DNA of 44,198 nucleotides from a virus (Duplodnaviria; Heunggongvirae; Uroviricota; Caudoviricetes): IMG/VR virus record IMGVR_UViG_2541047823_000013; one strand, 5' to 3'. Shown piece by piece: positions 1 to 9,286 of this stretch (position 1 is its first letter; each line of letters starts with the position of its first letter). The notes under the pieces were generated by a model. It saw only the letters and a program-made list of their open reading frames with translations, ran no database searches and was not told where the DNA came from. The position numbers and the translations under genes were made by a program.

Positions 1-285
1 GGCCAGTCGCGGCACAATGTGGATGACCGTTCCCTCACCCAGCTGTTCGTGAAGACGGGCGTACACCGCCTCCGGTGCCGTGTCATCACCGGCAATACGT
101 ATCTGGTACCAGCCTTCGTTCATCTGACGGCGAAAGCCCGGCATCTGCATCGACAGGGCGCGAATGGCTTCCGCTGCCGTGTTCACATACAGGCTGAGGC
201 GGCGGCCAAATCGTTGTAAATCCCCGTAAAGGCGGATGCGTGCCAGTGGCGGTGACGCCAGACTGAATGCGTTCGTCGTTGCCAT
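1..285 (-). CDS. I: tail assembly protein I (lambda gpI-like); only the N-terminal part is in the window
   Basis: Minus-strand frame from ATG at 285 reads MATTNAFSLASPPLARIRLYGDLQRFGRRLSLYVNTAAEAIRALSMQMPGFRRQMNEGWYQIRIAGDD and runs off the window; matches my recollection of the lambda gpI N-terminus; overlaps K by about 100 nt as in lambda. Confidence 0.8.
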   Translation of the reverse strand, partial: MATTNAFSLASPPLARIRLYGDLQRFGRRLSLYVNTAAEAIRALSMQMPGFRRQMNEGWYQIRIAGDDTAPEAVYARLHEQLGEGTVIHIVPRLA

Positions 286-926
286 TTTTCGGAATACCTC
301 TCCCGTTTACTCAGTTGTTCAGGAATATGGTGCAGCAGCTCGCCGTCACCACAGTAAACGGCGGCATGATTCGGCACCGATGAACCAAAGCAGCACAGCA
401 GCACATCGCCTGCCTGTGCAGAGGACGGAGACACCCGGCAAAAGCCGTTTTCCGCCAGGTTGTCCAGGTACAGGTTCTGGCCGTTGCGCCACCAGTCATC
501 CTCGCGATGAAAATCCGGCATTTCAGTCCCCGCCAGATGATAAGCATCCCGGAACAGCGTGTAACAGTCCGTCACCCCGTGCTCAAAGCGCCGTCCCGTC
601 AGATGTGGCACACAGCGGAATTTGTGAATGTCACCCCGGCAGACCAGCCACCAGGGCAGTGCGCTTTTTATCTGCAGCCGCCGGTCAGCCTCGCTCAGCC
701 AGGGCAGCCCACCGGGATGACTGTGGACCAGTGCCACAATCTCCCCCTGCATCTCTGCCCGCAGCCAGTCTTCCGGTGCGATACGAAAATACGCCTCCGG
801 CTCCGCGGAAATATTCACACAAGGGATATACCGCTCCCCCTCCGGCGTGCTTATCACGAAGCCGCACGACTCCGCAGGCGCACACCGCCGGGCATGCGCC
901 AGAATCGCTGATTCAGTCTGTGTCAT
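183..926 (-). CDS. K: tail assembly protein K (JAB/MPN plus NlpC/P60 domains)
   Basis: Track ORF 183..1187 trimmed to the Met of MTQTESAILAHARRC at 926, 11 nt after the L stop; HSHP JAMM-like motif; lambda gpK-like. The start could be a later Met. Confidence 0.85.
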   Translation of the reverse strand: MTQTESAILAHARRCAPAESCGFVISTPEGERYIPCVNISAEPEAYFRIAPEDWLRAEMQGEIVALVHSHPGGLPWLSEADRRLQIKSALPWWLVCRGDIHKFRCVPHLTGRRFEHGVTDCYTLFRDAYHLAGTEMPDFHREDDWWRNGQNLYLDNLAENGFCRVSPSSAQAGDVLLCCFGSSVPNHAAVYCGDGELLHHIPEQLSKRERYSEKWQRRTHSVWRHRHWHASAFTGIYNDLAAASACM

Positions 927-936
927 AAACCGGGAT

Positions 937-1635
937 TTACTGCGAAAGTTTATTAATGGAAAGGAAACCGCCAAAATTGCCGACATTCCTGCGCAGTTCA
1001 CACCCGCGCATGCACTTGCTGCATCTGTCCTTACGGATATCCGTGGTGGGTTTATCGAACTCATCCGCCACAGCCCCGCCCGTGTAACCACACTCATCAG
1101 AGCGGCAGGTCCACATACAGGTGTTCGCCAGCATGATACGACCGGGAAACAGCGCCCCGTCCGTCTCGGTCGGTGTGGCCAGCACAAACGAGGCCGTCAT
1201 GGCTGTCAGCTGCGACATCTGCTCCACCACCCAGCGGTCACTCAGCTCCTGCTCCGGGTCCGCCTCCGGATTGCCCGCAACGAAATTCACCGCATCCAGA
1301 AAACGGGCATACACCCGGCGGCGGACCACCGTGGCCCCCACCAGACTCTGCAGGTCTTCCGCCATCCCGGTGACCAGACCAAACAGATTGGACACCGTCA
1401 GCGATGGTCTGGCACTGCTGCCCTTCCCGTTCATCTCAAAGCCACTCCCCTCAATCGGGTACGCCTGATATTCACGCCCCTGCCAGGTCACCGGCTCCCC
1501 TTTTTCATTCAGCTCATTGCAGAAAAAATACCGCTCACCGCCCTGCACCGTCAGGTCGATTTCCCAGAGTACCACCCGCGGTGACTGCTCTGACTTAACC
1601 GACTCGTTCAGACTTTCTTCGTGAATATCCTGCAT
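937..1635 (-). CDS. L: minor tail protein L
   Basis: 232 aa, MQDIHEESLNE ... NVGNFGGFLSINKLSQ; near-collinear with lambda gpL over its whole length. Confidence 0.95.
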   Translation of the reverse strand: MQDIHEESLNESVKSEQSPRVVLWEIDLTVQGGERYFFCNELNEKGEPVTWQGREYQAYPIEGSGFEMNGKGSSARPSLTVSNLFGLVTGMAEDLQSLVGATVVRRRVYARFLDAVNFVAGNPEADPEQELSDRWVVEQMSQLTAMTASFVLATPTETDGALFPGRIMLANTCMWTCRSDECGYTGGAVADEFDKPTTDIRKDRCSKCMRGCELRRNVGNFGGFLSINKLSQ

Positions 1636-1976
1636 CAGTTCACCACCTGCTCAATCGTACAACTGAAATCACTGTACCTGGCGTTATCTGTGACGCTCCA
1701 CTCCCGGCATACCACCCTCACCGTCCGGTTATGTTTCGGCGGTCGCCACAAAAAGGCACGGTAACCACCATGCCAGGATAAAAATTCATCCAGCCAGCGC
1801 CGGGTTGGTTCATCCGTCACCCGGAACACCGCCTGAAACGTCTTCAGTCTGGCATTAAGTCCCGTCGGTCGGCGCTGTTCATAACCGTCACCAAACCGAA
1901 CCCTCACCACCGACGGTTTCTCACTCACCTGCATCCCTTCACGCGGGACCAGATGCAGCGTTTTTATCTCAGCCAC
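1635..1976 (-). CDS. M: minor tail protein M
   Basis: 113 aa with VRFGDGYEQR ... EQVVN, lambda gpM-like; one-nucleotide overlap with L. Confidence 0.9.
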   Translation of the reverse strand: MAEIKTLHLVPREGMQVSEKPSVVRVRFGDGYEQRRPTGLNARLKTFQAVFRVTDEPTRRWLDEFLSWHGGYRAFLWRPPKHNRTVRVVCREWSVTDNARYSDFSCTIEQVVN

Positions 1977-4900
1977 TCAGCATTCCTCCGTCACGTCGCA
2001 TGGACAGCATCACCGCCTGCACCCGCTGGTCAATCAGCTGCACAAGACTGCCTGCCGCCTCCGGCCCTATCTGTCCGTTAGCCCCGTCATTCTGAATGGC
2101 GATGTGGTAGACCGGGGAATACACCAGACCGGCACTGCCGTTCATACTGCCCACCGCGCGTACGCCCAGCGAGCCATCCGCCGCCCGGGTCAGGGGCATA
2201 ATGGCTTCAGGTCCGGCTTCCCCCATCAGCCCGGCCCCTTTTGCAAACGCAAAGTACGTGGGCGTGTCCACAATGCTGTTGCTGTACGCACTCAGGTTTG
2301 CCGAGGTATACACGCCGCCTTTTGCATTGGCCACCGCACCGCCCAGCCAGTCACCAATGCTGCCAATAAATCCTCCCGCACCGGACATACCGTTTGCCGC
2401 CGTCTTAATTCCGTTGACAATCGCGGCATTCATAAGAACTTTTGAGATTTCCTGCAGTACGGATGAGGCCCAGTTGCGCCATTCCACTTTGTTTCCGTTC
2501 AGCATCTCCGTGATGTTATTCACCAGTCCTGAAATCCCCTCCGTTGCCAGCTGTGCTGCCTGAGAGGCGTAATCGGATGCATTGTCCACCCAGTTACTGA
2601 GCCCCTCCTGCAAGCCTTTCTGCCAGTCCGCACGCTGCGCATCCGATTCGGCATAAAAGGCTGCCTGGTCCTTAAGGCGTTCGCTCAGATACTGCGCGTT
2701 CTGTGCCCGTGCCTGTCTGTAAAAATCCTCACTGATATCCCCGGTCTGATACTGAGACTGAAGGTCCGCATCCTTCTGGCGGAAGCTGTCGCGGATCTGC
2801 TGCAACTCCCGCATGCGTTCCCTGGCTCGTTCTCCCTGCCCGTACCCCAGCAGTTCGGCTTCATTTGATGCACGCGCAGCCACATTATCATTCTTCAGGG
2901 TCTCTTCCCGGGATCGCAACTGTTCCCGGATTTTTTGCTGGTCAATCAGGGCCGCATTGCGCAGCAGTTCCTGCTTCTGTATCTCCGTCAGGGTTTTCAG
3001 TTCGCCCTGCGCTGTCTGGTACTTCAGCTTCGCCAGCTCTGTATTCTGACCCGCCAGTGCCAGTTGCTCTTTCTGCTGCTTCAGTAGCCGGGAAAAACTG
3101 TCTTCCGCTTTTTCCGTCTCTGATTTTCCACCCCGGGATTTGGTTTTATTCGCCTCGTTATTGCGCCAGGCTTCCAGGGCATTACTGATATAACGTTGTC
3201 TCGCCTCCTGATACGGTTCACCCACAAAACCGAGGTCATCCGCCGCATACCCCAGTCGGACACGCTCTTTTTCTTCCCCTTTCAGTCTGGACAGGGCCAG
3301 CTCACGCTCTGTTTTTGTCAGGGCACTCTGCTGTTTATCATCCAGAGTGGCCTGTGGCAGCCGTAACGGCACATTCACCAGTCCCTGCCGCTGCTGAAGC
3401 AGTTCATTCCCCAGCCCCAGCAGACGGTTGAATTCCGTATGCTGAACATTCGTCTGCAGTAATGCCTGGTATGCCCTGTTCTGCTCTGCCGCCTCCTCAC
3501 GTATCCTCGCCACACGGTTGTATTCCAGTGACGCCAGCGTTTCCTGTACAGACTTCGCCTTTTCCTGTATCTGTGTCAGGCGTGACTGCTCGACCGCCAG
3601 CCTGCCGGTTGCCTCCGCAAGGCCGTGGGTTATAATCTCCGCACCTGAACCACCCTGTGGATTTTCCTGCAGCCAGCGCTGATAGTCAGCAATCTGTGTT
3701 TTCAGTCCCCGGACTTTACTTTCCTGCTCAGCAATCAGACGATTCTGCTCTTCCAGTGCCTCGCGGGTTTTACCCTCATTATCAGCCAGTTCCGGAAGGG
3801 TCATTCCCGGTACCTTTGCCCGGATTTCATCAATCGTCGATGCATACTGACGGGCGGACTCCCTGGCCTGTTCCTGATTCTGGTACACCGTGTACCAGGC
3901 ACCGGCTCCCAGCATCAGTAAACCGGGTATCCCGCCGACAAGCGAAAGCAGGGATGCCGCGCCACTTTTCAGCATTCCCGTAACCGACGTGGCATTCTCC
4001 AGCGCCTTCCTCGAGGCCGCCACCGCCTGATTCGACTGTACCAGTGCGGCATTGGCCACAATCATGGCCCGGCGTTTTGCGACGGCATTCTGTGTGGCCA
4101 GCGCCTCCGCACTGGTGTTTCTGGCCAGTGCAAGTTCAGCCTGTGCCAGTTGCCAGGCACGTTCTGCCGCCAGCGCGTCAGCTGCCGCCTTACGCTGCAC
4201 CTGAACAGACGCATCTGCCTGTGCGGCTGCCAGGGCAACCGTCCCGGACTTCGCCGCGATCAGCTCTGTGGTGGCCTTTCCCACGCCTGCGGCCATATTG
4301 CCAAAGTACCGGGCCACCCCGACAGCAACCAGCACGCCCGCCGCCGCGGCCACATTATCAATATGTCCGGCCACACCATTCAGCACGCCGGAGAGCGTTT
4401 TCGTCGAGCCGCTGGCCTCATTCACACCGCCCACCCAGGCCATAAAGGCGTTTTCCACCTTTGTGATACTACCGGAAACCGTTTCCGGCATGGCCGCATA
4501 TTCATCACGTAATATCCCCAGCAGGCTGATTAACGCGGGGACCACTTTATCCGCTGTCAGTTTTCCGTCATCCGCCATTGCCTTCAGATCTTTACGGGCC
4601 ACACCCATCCCCGCAGCAAGCGCGCGGATCACCCGGTCGCCATTTTCGTTAACAGCATTAAATTCTTCGCCACGCAGTACACCCTGTGCCAGTGCCTGGC
4701 TGAACTGGGTGATCACCGAACCGGATTCCGCAACTCCAGCCCCTGACAGTTTCAGTCCTGTCGAAATGGCCTCCGTCACCTTCAGCACATCATCAGCACT
4801 GTAACCATATTCACGCATCGAGGCAGCCGAACGGGCAAACAGGGCCGCATTATCCGAAAACGCGGTACCTGTCCGCTGACTGATATCCATCAGCACTTTC

Positions 4901-5235
4901 TGTGATGACGAAAATTCAACGGATGACTGCGACGCCTGTTTCAGACGGGCATTTACGGAACTCCACTCATCCGCCAGTGAAATCAGGTGTCCGGTGGCAA
5001 AGGCACCGGCAAATGCGCCAGCCACTCCGACAGCAGAACCGCGAATTTCCGTCAACTGGCTGTTCAGCTCAGCCAGGGCGCGTCGCTGCTCCCGGGCGAC
5101 TGCGGCAGCCTGACGCCCGCCATTCTGCAGGGTCCGGTAATATTCACTGCCCATGCGGGAAGCCCGCTGGATCTCCGACTGGAATGACTGCGAATTTGCC
5201 GAAATTTTGATAATCAGTTCACGTAACGTCGCCAT
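1969..5235 (-). CDS. H: tail tape measure protein
   Basis: 1088-aa ORF, Ala/Gln-rich coiled-coil body, sits between G-T chaperones and M as in lambda. Confidence 0.9.
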   Translation of the reverse strand: MATLRELIIKISANSQSFQSEIQRASRMGSEYYRTLQNGGRQAAAVAREQRRALAELNSQLTEIRGSAVGVAGAFAGAFATGHLISLADEWSSVNARLKQASQSSVEFSSSQKVLMDISQRTGTAFSDNAALFARSAASMREYGYSADDVLKVTEAISTGLKLSGAGVAESGSVITQFSQALAQGVLRGEEFNAVNENGDRVIRALAAGMGVARKDLKAMADDGKLTADKVVPALISLLGILRDEYAAMPETVSGSITKVENAFMAWVGGVNEASGSTKTLSGVLNGVAGHIDNVAAAAGVLVAVGVARYFGNMAAGVGKATTELIAAKSGTVALAAAQADASVQVQRKAAADALAAERAWQLAQAELALARNTSAEALATQNAVAKRRAMIVANAALVQSNQAVAASRKALENATSVTGMLKSGAASLLSLVGGIPGLLMLGAGAWYTVYQNQEQARESARQYASTIDEIRAKVPGMTLPELADNEGKTREALEEQNRLIAEQESKVRGLKTQIADYQRWLQENPQGGSGAEIITHGLAEATGRLAVEQSRLTQIQEKAKSVQETLASLEYNRVARIREEAAEQNRAYQALLQTNVQHTEFNRLLGLGNELLQQRQGLVNVPLRLPQATLDDKQQSALTKTERELALSRLKGEEKERVRLGYAADDLGFVGEPYQEARQRYISNALEAWRNNEANKTKSRGGKSETEKAEDSFSRLLKQQKEQLALAGQNTELAKLKYQTAQGELKTLTEIQKQELLRNAALIDQQKIREQLRSREETLKNDNVAARASNEAELLGYGQGERARERMRELQQIRDSFRQKDADLQSQYQTGDISEDFYRQARAQNAQYLSERLKDQAAFYAESDAQRADWQKGLQEGLSNWVDNASDYASQAAQLATEGISGLVNNITEMLNGNKVEWRNWASSVLQEISKVLMNAAIVNGIKTAANGMSGAGGFIGSIGDWLGGAVANAKGGVYTSANLSAYSNSIVDTPTYFAFAKGAGLMGEAGPEAIMPLTRAADGSLGVRAVGSMNGSAGLVYSPVYHIAIQNDGANGQIGPEAAGSLVQLIDQRVQAVMLSMRRDGGMLSG

Positions 5236-5282
5236 TCACCTTTCTCCGGACGAAAAAAAACCGCCTCAGCGGTTCTCATCAT

Positions 5283-5597
5283 TTATGACTGTGCAGCAAG
5301 GCTCAGCGCGTCTTCCAGTCCCGCAAAAGGATCCGCTTCCGGCTTGTCCTCATCCTCGCCCCAGCAGAGCATGGCGTCCTTCAGTGAAACATTCATCCCC
5401 TGCGCCCCGAAAACCGCTTTCACGATCTGCGCATTACGGATATCCCCGCGCTCATCGCCCAGCGGGGACACCCTGTCGAACTCCATCCACATCATCGCCT
5501 CGCTCGCACTCAGACTGTGGCGCAGTTCGGATAAGGTGCGCCCCAGACGGAGCGCAAGTCGCATCAGAAAGCGAATTTCCGGGCGGGCTACTTTTTT
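5283..5597 (-). CDS. T portion of the G-T tail assembly chaperone, reached by -1 frameshift from G
   Basis: ORF 5283..5564 lies in the -1 frame of G and its frame is open back to the slippery site; after the slip the reading continues KKVARPEIRFLMRLALR... Confidence 0.6.
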   Translation of the reverse strand, partial: KKVARPEIRFLMRLALRLGRTLSELRHSLSASEAMMWMEFDRVSPLGDERGDIRNAQIVKAVFGAQGMNVSLKDAMLCWGEDEDKPEADPFAGLEDALSLAAQS

Positions 5598-5989
5598 CTT
5601 GCCGACTCAGCATCGGTGATCAGTTCCAGTGCCTGACGCAGCAACCGGGCATGCACCGGACCATAGACAGCCAGCACCTGCTCGCGATCATCTGCGGTGA
5701 ACACACGTTTCATGTCCTTATCACACAGAACATCACAGAACAACGTCACATCCGCCTCCAGGTTACGGCGGGTTTTTGCCACCACCGACAGGGTATCGTC
5801 ACCCGCATCATCGCCATTAAGAACTTCCCGCCAAAGATACCAGGCCTCTGCCGAAGGCTCGCGCAGCACCACGCTGACATTCCCCCATTCCGGCACCTTC
5901 ACCGTTTTATGACGAAATCCGGACAGTCTGGCCAGCGCCAGTGTTTTCAGATCTTTTGCCATCGGATTATCCTTATCAACCTGCGCCAT
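5588..5989 (-). CDS. tail assembly chaperone G
   Basis: 133-aa ORF between the major tail protein and the tape measure, ending ...DAESARKK at the slippery site; not lambda-G-like in sequence but in the conserved position. Confidence 0.65.
   Translation of the reverse strand: MAQVDKDNPMAKDLKTLALARLSGFRHKTVKVPEWGNVSVVLREPSAEAWYLWREVLNGDDAGDDTLSVVAKTRRNLEADVTLFCDVLCDKDMKRVFTADDREQVLAVYGPVHARLLRQALELITDAESARKK
5591..5597 (-). promoter_or_regulatory. -1 programmed ribosomal frameshift slippery heptamer A AAA AAG at the 3' end of G
   Basis: Plus-strand CTTTTTT is the reverse complement of AAAAAAG, in the X XXY YYZ frame of the last two G codons (AAA AAG) directly before the TAG stop. Confidence 0.65.
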
Positions 5990-6689
5990 TTACCGTTACC
6001 GTGCACGCGTCAGAGGTAATTCTCTGCGGCTGTTCTGCAGAATCCGTTACCATGCAGGTATAAGCCCCCTTATCACCTGACTGCGTATTGGCTTTACTGA
6101 AAGTGTCAGTAGTCTGTCCCTCGACCGGCTGACCATCCTTCTTCCAGGCGTATTTATAAGGCGGCGTTCCCCCGTTGACACTGACTGACATTGTCAGCAG
6201 CGCACCGGTATTCACGGTAAGCTTCGCCTCCGGCTTTTTAACAAACGCCAGCGGTACCACATAGGACACCTGTTTGCCTTTCAGACGCAGTGAAAACGTT
6301 GCTGCCACCACGCCGTTGGTACCGGATGACCAGGTGTGCTGACGCACTTCCGCCAGGAACTTAAAGCCCTTACCGGACGGAAACTGCACCTTAAACGCAT
6401 ACAACGAGTCATTGTCATAGGCATCACGCAGGGCGTTCTGGGCCTGATTCAGATAAAAATTACCCGACATGGAAATCTCAGACGACGCCCCCAGACCGTT
6501 GATGTTCTCCTGCTCTGTGGAGCAGAGCGTGGTCACATCAATATCCTGTTTCTGACCGGCGGTGAACTGGACTTCCTTGATGGTGCAGTCCAGGCGCAGA
6601 TATTCCGCCTTATCCATAGTTTCAGCAGTCGCCGGGGCAGATGAAATCATCACCTGCGTCAGCTGTGAGCGTTCATACAAAGCAGACAT
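5976..6689 (-). CDS. major tail protein with C-terminal Ig-like domain
   Basis: 237 aa directly upstream of the chaperone pair; the C-terminal ~80 aa (GTPPYKYAWKKDG...YTCMVTD...CTVTV) look like a bacterial Ig-like fold. Confidence 0.7.
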   Translation of the reverse strand: MSALYERSQLTQVMISSAPATAETMDKAEYLRLDCTIKEVQFTAGQKQDIDVTTLCSTEQENINGLGASSEISMSGNFYLNQAQNALRDAYDNDSLYAFKVQFPSGKGFKFLAEVRQHTWSSGTNGVVAATFSLRLKGKQVSYVVPLAFVKKPEAKLTVNTGALLTMSVSVNGGTPPYKYAWKKDGQPVEGQTTDTFSKANTQSGDKGAYTCMVTDSAEQPQRITSDACTVTVNGAG

Positions 6690-6755
6690 TCTGCCTCCTG
6701 ATAATAAAAAACCCGCACGCGGCGGGGTATGGGTTTTGTAGAAAAAAAGAAAAAG

Positions 6756-7100
6756 TCACACCGTGACCTGAAACTCCAGGGTTGCACGGTAACAGCGGTT
6801 TTCCGGAATATAGTTCTGCATTTCACTGACCGATTCCGGGGCCAGCGACATGATGGACTCACGGGCCTGCTGACGTATCTGACGCGCCTGTGTGACCGTC
6901 ACCGCATAAACGTCAATCTGCACCGACACCGATGACTCTGCCTGTCCGCCCATCACGTCCGCAGACACCGATGAAATCAGGCTGAAAACCACCCACGGTA
7001 ACGATACAGAGGGTCTGCCATCCTGCAGGGGAACCACATACGGATACGCCTGCCCTCCCGCAAGATGCGCCAGATGTGGGTACAAATCCGTCTCCGTCAT
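6756..7100 (-). CDS. tail terminator/completion-like protein
   Basis: 114-aa ORF between neck genes and the major tail protein; assignment by position and size. Confidence 0.5.
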   Translation of the reverse strand: MTETDLYPHLAHLAGGQAYPYVVPLQDGRPSVSLPWVVFSLISSVSADVMGGQAESSVSVQIDVYAVTVTQARQIRQQARESIMSLAPESVSEMQNYIPENRCYRATLEFQVTV

Positions 7101-7543
7101 CGTCTCAGTACCTCATCAATTGCCCGGTTCATCCGCGCAATCGCCACCCGGGCTGCCTGTTCACTGCGCACATCAAACGCCGGGCGCACAAACGGGTGTG
7201 GTGGCATATTCACGGTACCCATTTCCACAAACCGCCAGTAGAAGGCATTGCGGGGATTATCCGCCTTCATGGTGTTATCACTGTTGCCGGTGTCCGGATT
7301 AACACCACGGATATGCACACCGGATTCCATCCCGCCATCGCGGGAACGCCGGGAAAGAACCACCACATTGCGGCGCAGTTTTCCCCTGCGCACCGGTGCC
7401 CGTGACACCACTTCGTTCTTCAGTACATTCGCCCCCGCACGGGTTGCCTCACGCAACACCCGGTTGTTTTCCGCACCACTCAGAAGCTGCAAATCGCGAC
7501 TGATATCCTCAAGCCCCGAAAAATCCAGCAGGGTTTCGATCAT
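7097..7543 (-). CDS. HK97 gp10-family neck protein
   Basis: 148 aa; 4-nt overlap with neighbours; resembles the HK97 gp10 family by recollection and position. Confidence 0.55.
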   Translation of the reverse strand: MIETLLDFSGLEDISRDLQLLSGAENNRVLREATRAGANVLKNEVVSRAPVRRGKLRRNVVVLSRRSRDGGMESGVHIRGVNPDTGNSDNTMKADNPRNAFYWRFVEMGTVNMPPHPFVRPAFDVRSEQAARVAIARMNRAIDEVLRR

Positions 7544-7920
7544 TTTTCCCCTCCCAGCCGACAGAGAATTTCCAGACGCCCGCCGGTCGCATCCGGCACC
7601 GGCCCCCCGACAACATTCAGAATTCGGTCACGCCACGGGCCGCTCAGCACATGCAGTCGTGACGCCGCCGTGATTTTCCGTCCTGACGGACCGCGCACCC
7701 AGATGCGGATTTCCGCCTGCGCCATTTCCGCACCGGACTGCATCCGCTCCCGGCTGCTCCTGCCCCGGATATCCGCATGAATTTTCCCGCATGACACCCA
7801 CTCTTCCGTCATTTCTCCGGCAGCATTACGGGTTAACACCGGGTTCAGAACACTTATCATCTGTGTCAGACGACCTGCAGATATTGCCATCCCCCCCCTC
7901 CTCATAACACCGTCGGACAA
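7540..7920 (-). CDS. head-tail adaptor / head closure protein
   Basis: 126 aa, position between connector and gp10-like gene. Confidence 0.5.
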   Translation of the reverse strand: MSDGVMRRGGMAISAGRLTQMISVLNPVLTRNAAGEMTEEWVSCGKIHADIRGRSSRERMQSGAEMAQAEIRIWVRGPSGRKITAASRLHVLSGPWRDRILNVVGGPVPDATGGRLEILCRLGGEK

Positions 7921-8228
7921 CGCAAATCGTAAATCAGCACGGACACAGAAAACGGCAGTTCCCCCTGCACGAGGTCTTCCCGCTCAGCAAGATCCGGATT
8001 CCGGTACAACATCCCGGTCAGGCGCATGGCAGCCCCCTTCATCCGGGTTAATGCCTCGCCCGGGATCAGTTCACCGTCCTCACGGATTACCTTATCCCGG
8101 CTGCCCTGAATGTAGGCCAGCAGCACAGCTGTAGCCTGACGAACCTTGTCCATCAGCATGTCATCATCCGCGTCATGGTCAACACGCAGATGAGCCTTGA
8201 TTTCTTCCAGTGTCAGTAATGCTGTCAC
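7902..8228 (-). CDS. gp6-like head-tail connector protein
   Basis: 108 aa, MTALLTLEEIKAHLRVD... typical of the gp6-like connector family. Confidence 0.6.
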   Translation of the reverse strand: MTALLTLEEIKAHLRVDHDADDDMLMDKVRQATAVLLAYIQGSRDKVIREDGELIPGEALTRMKGAAMRLTGMLYRNPDLAEREDLVQGELPFSVSVLIYDLRCPTVL

Positions 8229-9286
8229 TTTCCACCTCCTGCATCCCGCCCTCGTTTTGCAGCCAGGGTCCAGCCTGATGAATGAGCTTCTCCGGGTTTA
8301 TCACCGGTCATGCTGTTGCAGTGCCACAACGAGCCCCCCCACGTCACCGTATCGCCGGGGTGGTAGGTTTCGCCGGTTCTGAATACACCGCGATAGAGCA
8401 TCACCGGCAGGGAAAATGTTTTTTCCGTACACTGGCCACTGCTCTGCCGGACCACCACAGTGAACGACCGTTCGCCGGTCATGCTGACGTCAATATCGGC
8501 CACCCCGTCAACCAGGCATTCCCATCCCCGCATCCCGTGCGTTTTTTCATACGCCCGCCAGAGTCCGCCCTGGTGTGTGGCATACGTGCCCCGGGGAAAG
8601 GATTTTTGCTCATCAATCGCCGGGAATATTTCCAGTGCCGTGGCATCACGCCCGTCCTGTGGAGCCGGCAGGGCACTCACCGCATCCAGAACCGCCTTCT
8701 GCAGAACTTCCGGATCGTAGTCACGACCGTCGCGCGGAACGGGGATATGACTCACGGCATCCGTCACCATCTGCTCGAGCATCGGACGCACATCATCCGG
8801 TGTGATACTTTTTCCATCTGCCGGTACCGGAAGTTTTCCGACAGCGTCATTCACCGCCCTCAGCAGCACCTCCGGATCATAATCACGACCATCGCGCGGA
8901 GCAGGGATATGACTCACTGCGTCCTTCACCATCTGCTCGATCATCGGGCGTACATCATCCGCAGTGACACTTTTACCGTCCGCCGGTACCGGTATTTTCG
9001 CGACCGCATCATTCACCGCCTGCTGCAGCACCTCCGGATCATAATCACGACCATCGCGCGGTACCGGAATGGCCCCCACGGCGTCATTCATCATCGCCTG
9101 CAGAACAGGGCGCACCTCATCCACCGTCACATGCTTCTGTAACAGAGCAGACAGGGAAGCCAGTTTCTCTTCAAACGCCCCCGACTGTGCGGCCATCTTC
9201 TCCTCAAATGTGCGCTGTAAATCCGCCAGCACCGTGGCGAATTCTTCACCCAGCGCACGGATAATGGACAGTTCACGCTCTGTCAT
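8225..9286 (-). CDS. head-module protein with internal 54-aa tandem repeats (function unknown)
   Basis: 353-aa ORF translationally coupled to portal (ATGA overlap) and to the connector gene; N-terminal coiled coil, ~2.5 copies of a 54-aa repeat, distinct C-terminal domain. Confidence 0.6.
   Translation of the reverse strand: MTERELSIIRALGEEFATVLADLQRTFEEKMAAQSGAFEEKLASLSALLQKHVTVDEVRPVLQAMMNDAVGAIPVPRDGRDYDPEVLQQAVNDAVAKIPVPADGKSVTADDVRPMIEQMVKDAVSHIPAPRDGRDYDPEVLLRAVNDAVGKLPVPADGKSITPDDVRPMLEQMVTDAVSHIPVPRDGRDYDPEVLQKAVLDAVSALPAPQDGRDATALEIFPAIDEQKSFPRGTYATHQGGLWRAYEKTHGMRGWECLVDGVADIDVSMTGERSFTVVVRQSSGQCTEKTFSLPVMLYRGVFRTGETYHPGDTVTWGGSLWHCNSMTGDKPGEAHSSGWTLAAKRGRDAGGGK
8700..9100. repeat. 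tandem direct repeats, period 162 bp, ~2.5 copies, inside the CDS
   Basis: TCCGGATC-anchored units recur at about 8709, 8871 and 9033. Confidence 0.8.

Noticed and set aside
236-928. Plus-strand ORFs overlapping the K and L genes
   Set aside because: Antisense to strongly supported lambda-like tail genes; low-complexity translations
2104-4804. Several long plus-strand ORFs (113-178 aa) inside the tape measure gene region
   Set aside because: They are antisense to a well-supported 1088-aa gene in GC-rich DNA, with odd Pro/Arg/Ala-rich composition and no RBS context
8700-9100. Regular tandem repeats that could be taken for a CRISPR or satellite array
   Set aside because: Period is 162 bp with no spacer structure, and the repeats are in frame inside a coding sequence
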